Positions 36,140 to 37,256 of a DNA stretch of 37,256 nt are shown one piece after another (position 1 is the stretch's first letter; each line of letters begins with the position of its first letter). The notes beneath the pieces are model-generated. The model was not told the DNA's origin. It worked only from the letters and a program-made list of their open reading frames with translations, and did not search any database. This DNA is from Octopus bimaculoides (Eukaryota), in contig NC_068985.1 of NCBI RefSeq assembly GCF_001194135.2, positions 24,203,209 to 24,240,464 on the forward strand, read 5' to 3'. The translations under genes were made by a program, and so were the position numbers.

Positions 36140-36295
36140 TTGTTCTGGCTTGAAATCCCGCCAAGACCAACTTGCCGTCTTTTGGGTCACTGAAAATATA
36201 CTAATCCAGAGCAATGGATTAGTAGGACTGTACGAATGTCAAATTGATGTCTTAGCGTTCTGAGATCAAATTCCACTGTGGACTATTTAGTTTAT
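36140..36295 (+). mobile_element. Two very degenerate Meta-type SINE remnants
   Basis: gcttgaaatcccgccaagaccaacttgcc...ttttgggtcactgaaaat and gcgttctgagatcaaattccac. Confidence 0.5.
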
Positions 36296-36992
36296 AGATT
36301 TGATCAATCGTCCAGTTTTAACACCATCATCTGGCACCTTGTGTACCTTTAATGGAGCAGGTAGCTTGTAGTGTAGAGTATGTGACGGCCCCTTAAAAGT
36401 GTCGCCCAAGTTGGACCGCCCAGCCTGCTGGCTACGCTACTGATTCAGGCTAGGTCATCGGTTTGAGAATACCTTCCTCCAACTCCATCAAGCAGTCTGA
36501 AAGACCTTGAAAAGGATCATGGACACTGACGACACTCGTGAATAAAAAAATAAGCTCAAGAAAACTCTAGTGAAGAAAAAATACAAAATTTAAGGACGCA
36601 ATCCTGCAAGAAGAACATGAAAATTATGGATCTTCTCAGATCCAGAACGCTCTGAAGCGTACGTTATTTCTCTACTTTATCTCATCTTGCCTGGTCACTA
36701 ATCATTGTTATACGTCTAGACAGAAGGTATCGGTCTTGCGCATCTGAAGGTATCATGTTAAGAATTATAAACAACAGCAGTAAAAGAAACTGTGTGATAG
36801 AAGGCGTCATGGTACCAGGAATGGTGTGAACAGAAACAATACTTTAATAACAGAACTACTAGCTTTGGAATTAAATACATACCTCATTGAAAGAATACAT
36901 GAGAGTCAGACATGCATATAGACAGACAGGAAAACAGACTGAGAATTAAACCGATCTATTGATAGCTAAATAAACAGATAGATTGATAGATA

Positions 36993-37256
36993 GGTTTCTT
37001 TATTAGCCACACAGGGCTCAACACAGAGGGGACAAAATACAAATGTAGAGTTTTTCTTTTCGAGGGGGTTGAAAACAAAGCAGAAAAAAAAAACAAAAGT
37101 GGGGACAACGATGAAAAAAAAACATCGCAAAACGTTTGGGGTATTTACAAAAAATACGAAATAATACAAAAAATTCCCAATAAATGGGGAGGTTATCCGT
37201 GGAAAGAAAAACCTACGAAAAGACCACGGTAACCTCGGTCTTTAGCGTTACAGTTT
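36993..37256 (-). mobile_element. Probable LINE 3' UTR continuing beyond the window
   Basis: The terminal 42 bp match the type-B SINE tail (34/42), but the rest is a T-rich minus-strand UTR with no SINE body. Clade (possibly L1/Tx1) cannot be determined inside the window. Confidence 0.55.

Noticed and set aside
36385-36442. ggctacgctactg as one end of a PIF/Harbinger-like MITE
   Set aside because: No matching opposite terminal repeat was found nearby.

Overview
This is AT-rich animal DNA from a gapped draft assembly (13 N-gaps, most bordered by microsatellites). The repeat families look like those of a coleoid cephalopod, most likely Octopus; this is recognition from memory, not a database search. 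I found no intact host gene, rRNA, tRNA gene or CRISPR array, and almost all ORFs in the supplied track are artefacts of N-runs or simple repeats. The window is a mosaic of transposable elements. It holds about 24 copies or fragments of a tRNA-derived Meta-domain-type SINE (about 20 on the minus strand, several in head-to-tail arrays) and several CORE-type SINE fragments. It also holds three distinct decayed restriction-like-endonuclease (RLE) non-LTR retrotransposons (one HERO-like, two R4/Dong-like), an RTE 3' end and a probable LINE 3' UTR whose tail matches one SINE subfamily. A nearly full-length D,D34D mariner pseudogene and two Penelope-like repeat fragments complete the set. The most notable observations are: (1) a well-formed minimal type I hammerhead ribozyme at 28356-28414 (-); (2) repeated SINE-into-SINE junctions at the same site in the SINE head; (3) a TSD-bounded SINE stack inside a Dong-like endonuclease gene, with the junction duplicated about 1.06 kb upstream; (4) a LINE/SINE shared tail.
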